This document shows positions 15,001-30,000 of a DNA stretch of 64,000 nt, piece by piece. Made by a program: the position numbers and the translations under genes. The stretch's first letter is position 1. Every line of letters begins with the position of its first letter. Under the pieces are notes generated by a model. That model made no database searches. It was given only the letters and a program-made list of their open reading frames with translations, and was not told the origin of the DNA. Source of the stretch: Eledone cirrhosa (lineage: Eukaryota); contig OZ024740.1 in the NCBI GenBank assembly GCA_964016885.1, positions 18,662,001 to 18,726,000 of the forward strand. The letters are read 5' to 3'.

Positions 15001-18000
15001 TAAAGGGCTTCACTGATAGTGTTATGTGTGTTATAATGTCCCATTTGACCTATACTAAAGGACTTCACTGATAGGGTTATGTGTGTTATAATGTCCCAGT
15101 TGACCTATACTAAAGGACTTCACTGATAGGGTTATGTGTGTTATAATGTCCCAGTTGACCTATACTAAAGGGCTCCATTGATAGTGTTATGTGTGTTATA
15201 ATGTCCCAGTTGACCTATACTAAAGGACTTCATTGATAGGGTTATGTGGGTTATAATGTCCCAGTTGACCTATACTAAAGGACTTCACTGATAGGGTTAT
15301 GTGTGTTATAATGTCCCAGTTGACCTATACTAAAGGACTTCACTGATAGGGTTACGTGTGTTATAATGTCCCAGTTGACCTATACTAAAGGACTTCACTG
15401 ATAGTGTTATGTGTGTTATAATGTCCCAGTTGAACTATACTAAAGGACTTCACTGATAGTGTTATGTGTGTTATAATGTCCCAGTTGAACTATACTAAAA
15501 GACTTCACTGATAGGGTTATGTGTGTTATAATGTCCCAGTTGACCTATACTAAAGGGCTTCACTGATAGTGTTATGTGTGTTATAATTTCCCAGTTGACC
15601 TATACTAAAGGGCTTCACTGATAGTGTTATGTGTGTTATAATGTCCCAGTTGACCTATACTAATGGATTTAACTGATAGTGTCATGTGTGTTATAATGTT
15701 TCAGTTGACCTATACTAAAGGACTTCACTGATAGGGTTATGTGTGTTATAATGTCCCAGTTGACCTCTACTAAAGGGCTTAACTGATAGGGTTATGTGTT
15801 ATAATGTCCCAGTTGACCTATACTAAAGAGCTTCACTGATAGTGTTATATGTTATAATGTCCTAGTTGACCTATACTAAAGGGCTTCACTGATAGTGTTA
15901 TGTGTGTTATAATGTCCCAGTTGACCTATACTAAAAGACTTCACTGATAGGGTTATGTGTGTTATAATGTCCCAATTGACCTATACTAAAGGACTTCACT
16001 GATAGGGTTATGTGTGTTATAATGTCCCAGTTGACCTATACTAAAGGATTTTCACTGATAGGGTTATGTGTGTTATAATGTCCCAGTTGACCTATACTAA
16101 AGGGCTCCATTGATAGTGTTATGTGTGTTATAATGTCCCAGTTGACCTATACTAAAGGACTTCACTGATAGGGTTATGTGTGTTATAATGTCCCAGTTGA
16201 CCTATACTAAAGGACTTCACTGATAGGGTTATGTGTGTTATAATGTCCCAGTTGACCTATACTAAAGGACTTCACTGATAGGGTTAAGTGTGTTATAATG
16301 TCCCAGTTGACCTATACTAAAGGACTTCACTGATAGTGTTATGTGTGTTATAATGTCCCAGTTGAACTATACTAAAGGACTTCACTTATAGGGTTATGTG
16401 TGTTATAATGTCCCAGTTGACCTATACTAAAGGGCTTCACTGATTGTTTTATGTGTGTTATAATGTCCCAGTTGACCTATTCTAAAGGACTTCAGTGATA
16501 GTGTTATGTGTGTTATAATGTCCCAGTTGACCTATACTAAAGGGCTTCACTGATAGTGTTATGTGTGTTATAATGTCCCAGTTGACCTATACTAAAGGAC
16601 TTCACTGATAGTGTTATGTGTGTTATAATGTCCCAGTTGAACTATACTAAAAGACTTCACTGATAGTGTTATGCGTGTTATAATGTCCCAGTTGACCTAT
16701 ACTTAAGGGCTTCACTGATAGTGTTATGTGTGTTATAATGTTCCAGTTGACCTATACTAAAAGGCTCCACTGATAGGCTTATGTGGTTTATAATGTCCCA
16801 GTTGACCTATACTAAAAGGCTCCACTGATAGGGTTATGTGTGTTATAATGTCCCAGTTGACCTATACTAAAGGGCTTCACTGATAGGGTTATGTGTGTTA
16901 TAACGTCCTAGTTGACCTATACTAAAGGGCTTCACTGATAGTGTTATGTGCTATAATGTCCCAGTTGACCTATACTAAAGGACTTCACTGATAGGGTTAT
17001 GTGTGTTATAATGTCCCAGTTGACCTATACTTAAGGGCTTCACTGATAGTGTTATGTGTTATAATGTCCCAGTTGACCTATACTAAAGAGCTTCACTGAT
17101 AGGGTTATGTGTGTTATAACGTCCCAGTTGACCTATACTAAAGGGCTTCACTGATAGTGTTATGTGTTATAATGTCACAGTTGACCTATACTAAAGGACT
17201 TCACTGATAGGGTTATGTGTGTTATAATGTCCCAGTTGACCTATACTTAAGGGCTTCACTGATAGTGTTATGGGTGTTGTAATGACCCAGTTGACCTATA
17301 CTAAAGGGCTTCACCGATAGTGTTATGTGTGTTATAATGTCCCAGTTGACCTATACTAAAGGGCTTCACTGATAGTGTTATATGTTATAATGTCCTAGTT
17401 GACCTATACTAAAGGGCTTCACTGATAGTGTTATGTGTGTTATAATGTCCCAGTTGACCTATACTAAAAGACTTCACTGATAGGGTTATGTGTGTTATAA
17501 TGTCCCATTTGACCTATACTAAAGGACTTCACTGATAGGGTTACGTGTGTTATAATGTCCCAGTTGACCTATACTAAAGGACTTCACTGATAGGGTTATG
17601 TGTTATAATGTCCCAGTTGACCTATACTAAAGGACTTCACTGATAGGGTTATGTGTTATAATGTCCTAGTTGACCTATACTAGAGGGCTTCACTGATAGT
17701 GTTATGTGTGTTATAATGTCCAAGTTGACCTATACTAAAGGACTTCACTGATAGGGTTATGTGTTATAATGTCCCAGTTGACCTATACTAAAGGGCTTCA
17801 CTGATAGTGTTATGTGTGTTATAATGTCCCATTTGACCTATACTAAAGGACTTCACTGATAGGGTTATGTGTGTTATAATGTCCCAGTTGACCTATACTA
17901 AAGGACTTCACTGATAGGGTTATGTGTGTTATAATGTCCCAGTTGACCTATACTAAAGGGCTCCATTGATAGTGTTATGTGTGTTATAATGTCCCAGTTG

Positions 18001-21000
18001 ACCTATACTAAAGGACTTCATTGATAGGGTTATGTGTGTTATAATGTCCCAGTTGACCTATACTAAAGGACTTCACTGATAGGGTTATGTGTGTTATAAT
18101 GTCCCAGTTGACCTATACTAAAGGACTTCACTGATAGGGTTACGTGTGTTATAATGTCCCAGTTGACCTATACTAAAGGACTTCACTGATAGTGTTATGT
18201 GTGTTATAATGTCCCAGTTGAACTATACTAAAGGACTTCACTGATAGTTCTATGTGTGTTATAATGTCCCAGTTGACCTATTCTAAAGGACTTCACTGAT
18301 AGTGTTATGTGTGTTATAATGTCCCAGTTGACCTATACTAAAGACTTCACTGATAGTGTTATGCGTGTTATAATGTCCCAGTTGACCTATACTAAAAGGC
18401 TCCACTGATAGGCTTATGTGGTTTATAATGTCCCAGTTGACCTATACTAAAAGGCTCCACTGATAGGGTTATGTGTGTTATAATGTCCCAGTTGACCTAT
18501 ACTAAAGGGCTTCACTGATAGGGTTATGTGTGTTATAATGTCCCAGCTGACTTTTACTAAAGGGCTTCACTGATAGTGTTATGTGTTATAATGTCCCAGT
18601 TGACCTATACTAAAGGGCTTCACTGATAGTGTTATGTGTGTTATAACGTCCCAGTTGACCTATACTAAAAGACTTCACTGATAGGGTTATGTGTGTTATA
18701 ACGTCCCAGTTGACCTATACTAAAGGGCTTCACTGATAGTGTTATGTGTTATAATGTCCCAGTTGACCTATACTAAAGGACTTCACTGATAGGGTTATGC
18801 GTGTTATAATGTCCCAGTTGACCTATACTAAAGGGCTTCACTGATAGTGTTATGTGTTATAATGTCCCAGTTGACCTATACTAAAGGGCTTCACTGATAG
18901 TGTTACGTGTGTTGTAATGACCCAGTTGACCTATACTAAAGGGCTTCACCGATAGTGTTATGTGTGTTATAATGTCCCAGTTGACCTATACTAAAGGGCT
19001 TCACTGATAGTGTTATATGTTATAATGTCCTAGTTGACCTATACTAAAGGGCTTCACTGATAGTGTTATGTGTGTTATAATATCCCAGTTGACCTATACT
19101 AAAAGACTTCACTGATAGGGTTATGTGTGTTATAATGTCCCAGTTGACCTATACTAAAGGACTTCACTGATAGGGTTATGTGTGTTATAATTTCCCAGTT
19201 GACCTATACTAAAGGACTTCACTGATAGGGTTATGTGTGTTATAATGTCCCAGTTGACCTATACTTAAGGGCTTCACTGATAGTGTTATGTGTGTTGTAA
19301 TGACCCAGTTGACCTATACTAAAGGGCTTCACCGATAGTGTTATGTGTGTTATAATGTCCAAGTTGACCTATACTAAAGGACTACACTGAAAGTGTTATG
19401 TGTGTTATAATGTCCCAGTTGACCTATACTAAAGGACTTCACTGATAGGGTTATGTGTGTTATAATTTCCCAGTTGACCTATACTAAAGGACTTCACTTA
19501 TAGGGTTATGTGTGTTATAATGTCCCAGTTGACCTATACTAAAGGGCTTCACTGATAGTGTTATGTGTGTTATAATGACCCAGTTGACCTATACTAAAGG
19601 ACTTCACTGATAGTGTTATGTGTGTTATAATGTCCTAGTTGAACTATACTAAAAGACTTCACTGATAGGGTTATGTGTGTTATAATGTCCCAGTTGACCT
19701 ATCCTAAAGGGCTTCACTGATAGTGTTATGTGTGTTATAATTTCCCAGTTGACCTATACTAAAGGGCTTCACTGATAGTGTTATGTGTGTTATAATGTCC
19801 CAGTTGACCTATACTAATGGATTTAATTGATAGTGTCATGTGTGTTATAATGTTTCAGTTGACCTATACTAAAGGACTTCACTGATAGGGTTATGTGTTA
19901 TAATGTCCCAGTTGACCTATACTAAAGGGCTTAACTGATAGGGTTATGTGTTATAATGTCCCAGTTGACCTATACTAAAGGGCTTCACTGATAGTGTTAT
20001 GTGTGTTATAATGTCCCAGTTGACCTATACTAAAGGGCTTCACTGATAGGGTTATGTGTGTTATAATGTCCCAGTTGACCTATACTAAAGGACTTCACTG
20101 ATAGTGTTATAGTGTTATAATGTCCCAGTTGACCTATACTAATGGATTTCACTGATAGTGTCATGTGTGTTATAATGTCCCAGTTAACCTATACTAAAGG
20201 GCTTCACTGATAGTGTTATGTGTTATAATGTCCCAGTTGACCTATACTAAAGGACTTCACTGATAGGGTTATGTGTGTTATAATGTCCCAGTTGACCTAT
20301 ACTTAAGGGCTTCACTGATAGTGTTATGTGTGTTGTAATGACCCAGTTGACCTATACTAAAGGGCTTCACCGATAGTGTTATGTGTGTTATAATGTCCCA
20401 GTTGACCTATACTAAAGGGCTTCACTGATAGTGTTATATGTTATAATGTCCTAGTTGACCTATACTAAAGGGCTTCACTGATAGTGTTATGTGTGTTATA
20501 ATGTCCCAGTTGACCTATACTTAAGGGCTTCACTGATAGTGTTATGGGTGTTGTAATGACCCAGTTGACCTATACTAAAGGGCTTCACCGATAGTGTTAT
20601 GTGTGTTATAATGTCCCAGTTGACCTATACTAAAGGGCTTCACTGATAGTGTTATATGTTATAATGTCCTAGTTGACCTATACTAAAGGGCTTCACAGAT
20701 AGTGTTATGTGTGTTATAATGTCCCAGTTGACCTATACTAAAAGACTTCACTGATAGGGTTATGTGTGTTATAATGTCCCAGTTGACCTATACTAAAGGA
20801 CTTCACTGATAGGGTTACGTGTGTTATAATGTCCCAGTTGACCTATACTAAAGGACTTCACTGATAGGGTTATGTGTTATAATGTCCCAGTTGACCTATA
20901 CTAAAGGACTTCATTGATAGGGTTATGTGTTATAATGTCCTAGTTGACCTATACTAGAGGGCTTCACTGATAGTGTTATGTGTGTTATAATGTCCAAGTT

Positions 21001-24000
21001 GACCTATACTAAAGGACTTCACTGATAGGGTTATGTGTTATAATGTCCCAGTTGACCTATACTAAAGGGCTTCACTGATAGTGTTATGTGTGTTATAATG
21101 TCCCATTTGACCTATACTAAAGGATTTCACTGATAGGGTTATGTGTGTTATAATGTCCCAGTTGACCTATACTAAAGGACTTCACTGATAGGGTGATGTG
21201 TGTTATAATGTCCCAGTTGACCTATACTAAAGGGCTCCATTGATAGTGTTATGTGTGTTATAATGTCCCAGTTGACCTATACTAAAGGACTTCATTGATA
21301 GGGTTATGTGTGTTATAATGTCCCAGTTGACCTATACTAAAGGACTTCACTGATAGGGTTATGTGTGTTATAATGTCCCAGTTGACCTATACTAAAGGAC
21401 TTCACTGATAGGGTTACGTGTGTTATAATGTCCCAGTTGACCTATACTAAAGGACTTCACTGATAGTGTTATGTGTGTTATAATGTCCCAGTTGAACTAT
21501 ACTAAAGGACTTCACTGATAGTTCTATGTGTGTTATAATGTCCCAGTTGACCTATACTAAAGACTTCACTGATAGTGTTATGCGTGTTATAATGTCCCAG
21601 TTGACCTATACTAAAAGGCTCCACTGATAGGCTTATGTGGTTTATAATGTCCCAGTTGACCTATACTAAAAGGCTCCACTGATAGGGTTATGTGTGTTAT
21701 AATGTCCCAGTTGACCTATACTAAAGGGCTTCACTGATAGGGTTATGTGTGTTATAATGTCCCAGTTGACTTTTACTAAAGGGCTTCACTGATAGTGTTA
21801 TGTGTTATAATGTCCCAGTTGACCTATACTAAAGGGCTTCACTGATAGTGTTATGTGTGTTATAACGTCCCAGTTGACCTATACTAAAAGACTTCACTGA
21901 TAGGGTTATGTGTGTTATAACGTCCCAGTTGACCTATACTAAAGGGCTTCACTGATAGTGTTATGTGTTATAATGTCCCAGTTGACCTATACTAAAGGAC
22001 TTCACTGATAGGGTTATGCGTGTTATAATGTCCCAGTTGACCTATACTAAAGGGCTTCACTGATAGTGTTATGTGTTATAATGTCCCAGTTGACCTATAC
22101 TAAAGGGCTTCACTGATAGTGTTATGTGTGTTGTAATGACCCAGTTGACCTATACTAAAGGGCTTCACCGATAGTGTTATGTGTGTTATAATGTCCCAGT
22201 TGACCTATACTAAAGGGCTTCACTGATAGTGTTATATGTTATAATGTCCTAGTTGACCTATACTAAAGGGCTTCACTGATAGTGTTATGTGTGTTATAAT
22301 GTCCCAGTTGACCTATACTAAAAGACTTCACTGATAGGATTATGTGTGTTATAATGTCCCAGTTGACCTATACTAAAGGACTTCACTGATAGGGTTACGT
22401 GTGTTATAATGTCCCAGTTGACCTATACTAAAGGACTTCACTGATAGGGTTATGTGTTATAATGTCCCAGTTGACCTATACTAAAGGACTTCACTGATAG
22501 GGTTATGTGTTATAATGTCCTAGTTGACCTATACTAGAGGGCTTCACTGATAGTGTTATGTGTGTTATAATGTCCAAGTTGACCTATACTAAAGGACTTC
22601 ACTGATAGGGTTATGTGTTATAATGTCCCAGTTGACCTATACTAAAGGGCTACACTGATAGTGTTACGTGTGTTATAATGTCCCATTTGACCTATACTAA
22701 AGGACTTCACTGATAGGGTTATGTGTGTTATAATGTCCCAGTTGACCTATACTAAAGGACTTCACTGATAGGGTTATGTGTGTTATAATGTCCCAGTTGA
22801 TCTATACTAAAGGGCTCCATTGATAGTGTTATGTGTGTTATAATGTCCCAGTTGACCTATACTAAAGGACTTCATTGATAGGGTTATGTGTGTTATAATC
22901 TCCCAGTTGACCTATACTAAAGGACTTCACTGATAGGGTTATGTGTTATAATGTCCCAGTTGACCTATACTAAAGGACTTCACTGATAGTGTTATGTGTT
23001 ATAATGTCCTAGTTGACCTATACTAGAGGGCTTCACTGATAGTGTTATGTGTGTTATAATGTCCAAGTTGACCTATACTAAAGGACTTCACTGATAGGGT
23101 TATGTGTTATAATGTCCCAGTTGACCTATACTAAAGGGCTTCACTGATAGTGTTATGTGTGTTATAATGTCCCATTTGACCTATACTAAAGGACTTCACT
23201 GATAGGGTTATGTGTGTTATAATGTCCCAGTTGACCTATACTAAAGGGCTCCATTGATAGTGTTATGTGTGTTATAATGTCCCAGTTGACCTATACTAAA
23301 GGACTTCATTGATAGGGTTATGTGTGTTATAATGTCCCAGTTGACCTATACTAAAGGACTTCACTGATAGGGTTATGTGTGTTATAATGTCCCAGTTGAC
23401 CTATACTAAAGGACTTCACTGATAGGGTTACGTGTGTTATAATGTCCCAGTTGACCTATACTAAAGGACTTCACTGATAGTGTTATGTGTGTTATAATGT
23501 CCCAGTTGAACTATACTAAAGGACTTCACTGATAGTTCTATGTGTGTTATAATGTCCCAGTTGACCTATTCTAAAGGACTTCACTGATAGTGTTATGTGT
23601 GTTATAATGTCCCAGTTGACCTATACTAAAGGGCTTCACTGATAGTGTTATGTGTGTTATAATGTCCCAGTTGACCTATACTAAAGACTTCACTGATAGT
23701 GTTATGCGTGTTATAATGTCCCAGTTGACCTATACTAAAAGGCTCCACTGATAGGCTTATGTGGTTTATAATGTCCCAGTTGACCTATACTAAAAGGCTC
23801 CACTGATAGGGTTATGTGTGTTATAATGTCCCAGTTGACCTATACTAAAGGGCTTCACTGATAGGGTTATGTGTGTTATAATGTCCCAGTTGACCTATAC
23901 TTAAGGGCTTCACTGATAGTGTTATGTGTTATAATGTCCCAGTTGACCTATACTAAAGGGCTTCACTGATAGTGTTATGTGTGTTATAACGTCCCAGTTG

Positions 24001-27000
24001 ACCTATACTAAAAGACTTCACTGATAGGGTTATGTGTGTTATAACGTCCCAGTTGACCTATACTAAAGGGCTTCACTGATAGTGTTATGTGTTATAATGT
24101 CCCAGTTGACCTATACTAAAGGACTTCACTGATAGGGTTATGCGTGTTATAATGTCCCAGTTGACCTATACTAAAGGGCTTCACTGATAGTGTTATGTGT
24201 GTTATAATGTCCCAGTTGAACTATACTAAAGGACTTCACTGATAGTTCTATGTGTGTTATAATGTCCCAGTTGACCTATTCTAAAGGACTTCACTGATAG
24301 TGTTATGTGTGTTATAATGTCCCAGTTGACCTATACTAAAGGGCTTCACTGATAGTGTTATGTGTGTTATAATGTCCCAGTTGACCTATACTAAAGACTT
24401 CACTGATAGTGTTATGCGTGTTATAATGTCCCAGTTGACCTATACTAAAAGGCTCCACTGATAGGCTTATGTGGTTTATAATGTCCCAGTTGACCTATAC
24501 TAAAAGGCTCCACTGATAGGGTTATGTGTGTTATAATGTCCCAGTTGACCTATACTAAAGGGCTTCACTGATAGGGTTATGTGTGTTATAATGTCCCAGT
24601 TGACTTTTACTAAAGGGCTTCACTGATAGTGTTATGTGTTATAATGTCCCAGTTGACCTATACTAAAGGGCTTCACTGATAGTGTTATGTGTGTTATAAC
24701 GTCCCAGTTGACCTATACTAAAAGACTTCACTGATAGGGTTATGTGTGTTATAACGTCCCAGTTGACCTATACTTAAGGGCTTCACTGATAGTGTTATGT
24801 GTGTTATAATGTCCCAGTTGACCTATACTAAAGGGCTTCACTGATAGTGTTATATGTTATAATGTCCTAGTTGACCTATACTACAGGGCTTCACTGATAG
24901 TGTTATGTGTGTTATAATGTCCCAGTTGACCTATACTAAAAGACTTCACTGATAGGGTTATGTGTGTTATAATGTCCCAGTTGACCTATACTAAAGGACT
25001 TCACTGATAGGGTTATGTGTGTTATAATTTCCCAGTTGACCTATACTAAAGGACTTCACTGATAGGGTTATGTGTGTTATAATGTCCCAGTTGACCTATA
25101 CTTAAGGGCTTCACTGATAGTGTTATGTGTGTTGTAATGACCCAGTTGACCTATACTAAAGCGCTTCACCGATAGTGTTATGTGTGTTATAATGTCCAAG
25201 TTGACCTATACTAAAGGACTACACTGAAAGTGTTATGTGTGTTATAATGTCCCAGTTGACCTATACTAAAGGACTTCACTGATAGGGTTATGTGTGTTAT
25301 AATTTCCCAGTTGACCTATACTAAAGGACTTCACTTATAGGGTTATGTGTGTTATAATGTCCCAGTTGACCTATACTAAAGGGCTTCACTGATAGTGTTA
25401 TGTGTGTTATAATGTCCCAGTTGACCTATACTAAAGGACTTCACTGATAGTGTTATGTGTGTTATAATGTCCCAGTTGAACTATACTAAAAGACTTCACT
25501 GATAGGGTTATGTGTGTTATAATGTCCCAGTTGACCTATACTAAAGGGCTTCACTGATAGTGTTATGTGTGTTATAATTTCCCAGTTGACCTATACTAAA
25601 GGGCTTCACTGATAGTGTTATGTGTGTTATAATGTCCCAGTTGACCTATACTAATGGATTTAACTGATAGTGTCATGTGTGTTATAATGTTTCAGTTGAC
25701 CTATACTAAAGGACTTCACTGATAGGGTTATGTGTTATAATGTCCCAGTTGACCTATACTAAAGGGCTTAACTGATAGGGTTATGTGTTATAATGTCCCA
25801 GTTGACCTATACTAAAGGGCTTCACTGATAGTGTTATGTGTGTTATAATGTCCCAGTTGACCTATACTAAAGGGCTTCACTGATAGGGTTATGTGTGTTA
25901 TAATGTCCCAGTTGACCTATACTAAAGGACTTCACTGATAGTGTTATAGTGTTATAATGTCCCAGTTGACCTATACTAATGGATTTCACTGATAGTGTCA
26001 TGTGTGTTATAATGTCCGAGTTAACCTATACTAAAGGGCTTCACTGATAGTGTTATGTGTTATAATGTCCCAGTTGACCTATACTAAAGGACTTCACTGA
26101 TAGGGTTATGTGTGTTATAATGTCCCAGTTGACCTATACTTAAGGGCTTCACTGATAGTGTTATGTGTGTTGTAATGACCCAGTTGACCTATACTAAAGG
26201 GCTTCACCGATAGTGTTATGTGTGTTATAATGTCCCAGTTGACCTATACTAAAGGGCTTCACTGATAGTGTTATATGTTATAATGTCCTAGTTGACCTAT
26301 ACTAAAGGGCTTCACTGATAGTGTTATGTGTGTTATAATGTCCCAGTTGACCTATACTAAAAGACTTCACTGATAGGGTTATGTGTGTTATAATGTCCCA
26401 GTTGACCTATACTAAAGGACTTCACTGATAGGGTTACGTGTGTTATAATGTCCCAGTTGACCTATACTAAAGGACTTCACTGATAGGGTTATGTGTTATA
26501 ATGTCCCAGTTGACCTATACTAGAGGGCTTCACTGATAGTGTTATGTGTGTTATAATGTCCAAGTTGACCTATACTAAAGGACTTCACTGATAGGGTTAT
26601 GTGTTATAATGTCCCAGTTGACCTATACTAAAGGGCTTCACTGATAGTGTTATGTGTGTTATAATGTCCCAGTTGACCTATACTAAAGGACTTCACTGAT
26701 AGGGTTATGTGTGTTATAATGTCCCAGTTGACCTATACTAAAGGACTTCACTGATAGGGTTATGTGTGTTATAATGTCCCAGTTGACCTATACTAAAGGG
26801 CTCCATTGATAGTGTTATGTGTGTTATAATGTCCCAGTTGACCTATACTAAAGGACTTCATTGATAGGGTTATGTGTGTTATAATGTCCCAGTTGACCTA
26901 TACTAAAGGACTTCACTGATAGGGTTATGTGTGTTATAATGTCCCAGTTGACCTATACTAAAGGACTTCACTGATAGGGTTACGTGTGTTATAATGTCCC

Positions 27001-30000
27001 AGTTGACCTATACTAAAGGACTTCACTGATAGTGTTATGTGTGTTATAATGTCCCAGTTGAACTATACTAAAGGACTTCACTTATAGGGTTATGTGTGTT
27101 ATAATGTCCCAGTTGACCTATACTAAAGGGCTTCACTGATAGTGTTATGTGTGTTATAATGTCCCAATTGACCTATACTAAAGGGCTTCACTGATAGTTC
27201 TATGTGTGTTATAATGTCCCAGTTGACCTATTCTAAAGGACTTCACTGATAGTGTTATGTGTGTTATAATGTCCCAGTTGACCTATACTAAAGGGCTTCA
27301 CTGATAGTGTTATGTGTGTTATAATGTCCCAGTTGACCTATACTAAAGACTTCACTGATAGTGTTATGCGTGTTATAATGTCCCAGTTGACCTATACTAA
27401 AAGGCTCCACTGATAGGCTTATGTGGTTTATAATGTCCCAGTTGACCTATACTAAAAGGCTCCACTGATAGGGTTATGTGTGTTATAATGTCCCAGTTGA
27501 CCTATACTAAAGGGCTTCACTGATAGTGTTATGTGTGTTATAATTTCCCAGTTGACCTATACTAACGGGCTTCACTGATAGTGTTATGTGTGTTATAATG
27601 TCCCAGTTGACCTATACTAATGGATTTAACTGATAGTGTCATGTGTATTATAATGTTTCAGTTGACATATACTAAAGGACTTCACTGATAGGGTTATGTG
27701 TTATAATGTCCCAGTTGACCTATACTGAAGGGCTTAACTGATAGGGTTATGTGTTATAATGTCCCAGTTGACCTATACTAAAGGGCTTCACTGATAGTGT
27801 TATGTGTGTTATAATGTCCCAGTTGACCTATACTAAAGGGCTTCACTGATAGGGTTATGTGTGTTATAATGTCCCAGTTGACCTATACTAAAGGACTTCA
27901 CTGATAGTGTTATAGTGTTATAATGTCCCAGTTGACCTATACTAAAGGACTTCACTGATAGGGTTATGTGTGTTATAATGTCCCAGTTGACCTATACTTA
28001 ATGGCTTCACTGATAGTGTTATGTGTGTTGTAATGACCCAGTTGACCTATACTAAAGGGCTTCACCGATAGTGTTATGTGTGTTATAATGTCCCAGTTCA
28101 CCTATACTAAAGGGCTTCACTGATAGTGTTATATGTTATAATGTCCTAGTTGACCTATACTAAAGGGCTTCACTGATAGTGTTATGTGTGTTATAATGTC
28201 CCAGTTGACCTATACTAAAAGACTTCACTGATAGGGTTATGTGTGTTATAATGTCCCAGTTGACCTATACTAAAGGACTTCACTGATAGGGTTATGTGTT
28301 ATAATGTCCCAGTTGACCTATACTAAAGGACTTCACTGATAGGGTTATGTGTTATAATGTCCTAGTTGACCTATACTAGAGGGCTTCACTGATAGTGTTA
28401 TGTGTGTTATAATGTCCAAGTTGACCTATACTAAAGGACTTCACTGATAGGGTTATGTGTTATAATGTCCCAGTTGACCTATACTAAAGGGCTTCACTGA
28501 TAGTGTTATGTGTGTTATAATGTCCCAGTTGACCTATACTAAAGGACTTCACTGATAGGGTTATGTGTGTTATAATGTCCCAGTTGACCTATACTAAAGG
28601 ACTTCACTGATAGGGTTATGTGTGTTATAATGTCCCAGTTGACCTATACTAAAGGGCTCCATTGATAGTGTTATGTGTGTTATAATGTCCCAGTTGACCT
28701 ATACTAAAGGACTTCATTGATAGGGTTATGTGTGTTATAATGTCCCAGTTGACCTATACTAAAGGACTTCACTGATAGGGTTATGTGGTTATAATGTCCC
28801 AGTTGACCTATACTAAAGGACTTCACTGATAGGGTTACGTGTGTTATAATGTCCCAGTTGACCTATACTAAAGGACTTCACTGATAGTGTTACGTGTGTT
28901 ATAATGTCCCAGTTGAACTATACTAAAGGACTTCACTTATAGGGTTATGTGTGTTATAATGTCCCAGTTGACCTATACTAAAGGGCTTCACTGATAGTGT
29001 TATGTGTGTTATAATGTCCCAATTGACCTATACTAAAGGGCTTCACTGATAGTTCTATGTGTGTTATAATGTCCCAGTTGACCCATTCTAAAGGACTTCA
29101 CTGATAGTGTTATGTGTGTTATAATGTCCCAGTTGACCTATACTAAAGGGCTTCACTGATAGTGTTATGTGTGTTATAATGTCCCAGTTGACCTATACTA
29201 AAGACTTCACTGATAGTGTTATGCGTGTTATAATGTCCCAGTTGACCTATACTAAAAGGCTCCACTGATAGGCTTATGTGGTTTATAATGTCCCAGTTGA
29301 CCTATACTAAAAGGCTCCACTGATAGGGTTATGTGTGTTATAATGTCCCAGTTGACCTATACTAAAGGGCTTCACTGATAGGGTTATGTGTGTTATAATG
29401 TCCCAGTTGACTTTTACTAAAGGGCTTCACTGATAGTGTTATGTGTTATAATGTCCCAGTTGACCTATACTAAAGGGCTTCACTGATAGTGTTATGTGTG
29501 TTATAATGTCCCAGTTGACCTATACTAAAAGACTTCACTGATAGGGTTATGTGTGTTATAACGTCCCAGTTGACCTATACTAAAGGGCTTCACTGATAGT
29601 GTTATGTGTTATAATGTCCCAGTTGACCTATACTAAAGGACTTCACTGATAGGGTTATGTGTGTTATAATGTCCCAGTTGACCTATACTTAAGGGCTTCA
29701 CTGATAGTGTTATGTGTGTTGTAATGACCCAGTTGACCTATACTAAAGGGCTTCACCGATAGTGTTATGTGTGTTATAATGTCCCAGTTGACCTATACTA
29801 AAGGGCTTCACTGATAGTGTTATATGTTATAATGTCCTAGTTGACCTATACTAAAGGGCTTCACTGATAGTGTTATGTGTGTTATAATGTCCCAGTTGAC
29901 CTATACTAAAAGACTTCACTGATAGTGTTATGTGTGTTATAATGTCCCAGTTGACCTATACTAAAGGGCTTCACTGATAGTGTTATGTGTGTTATAATGT

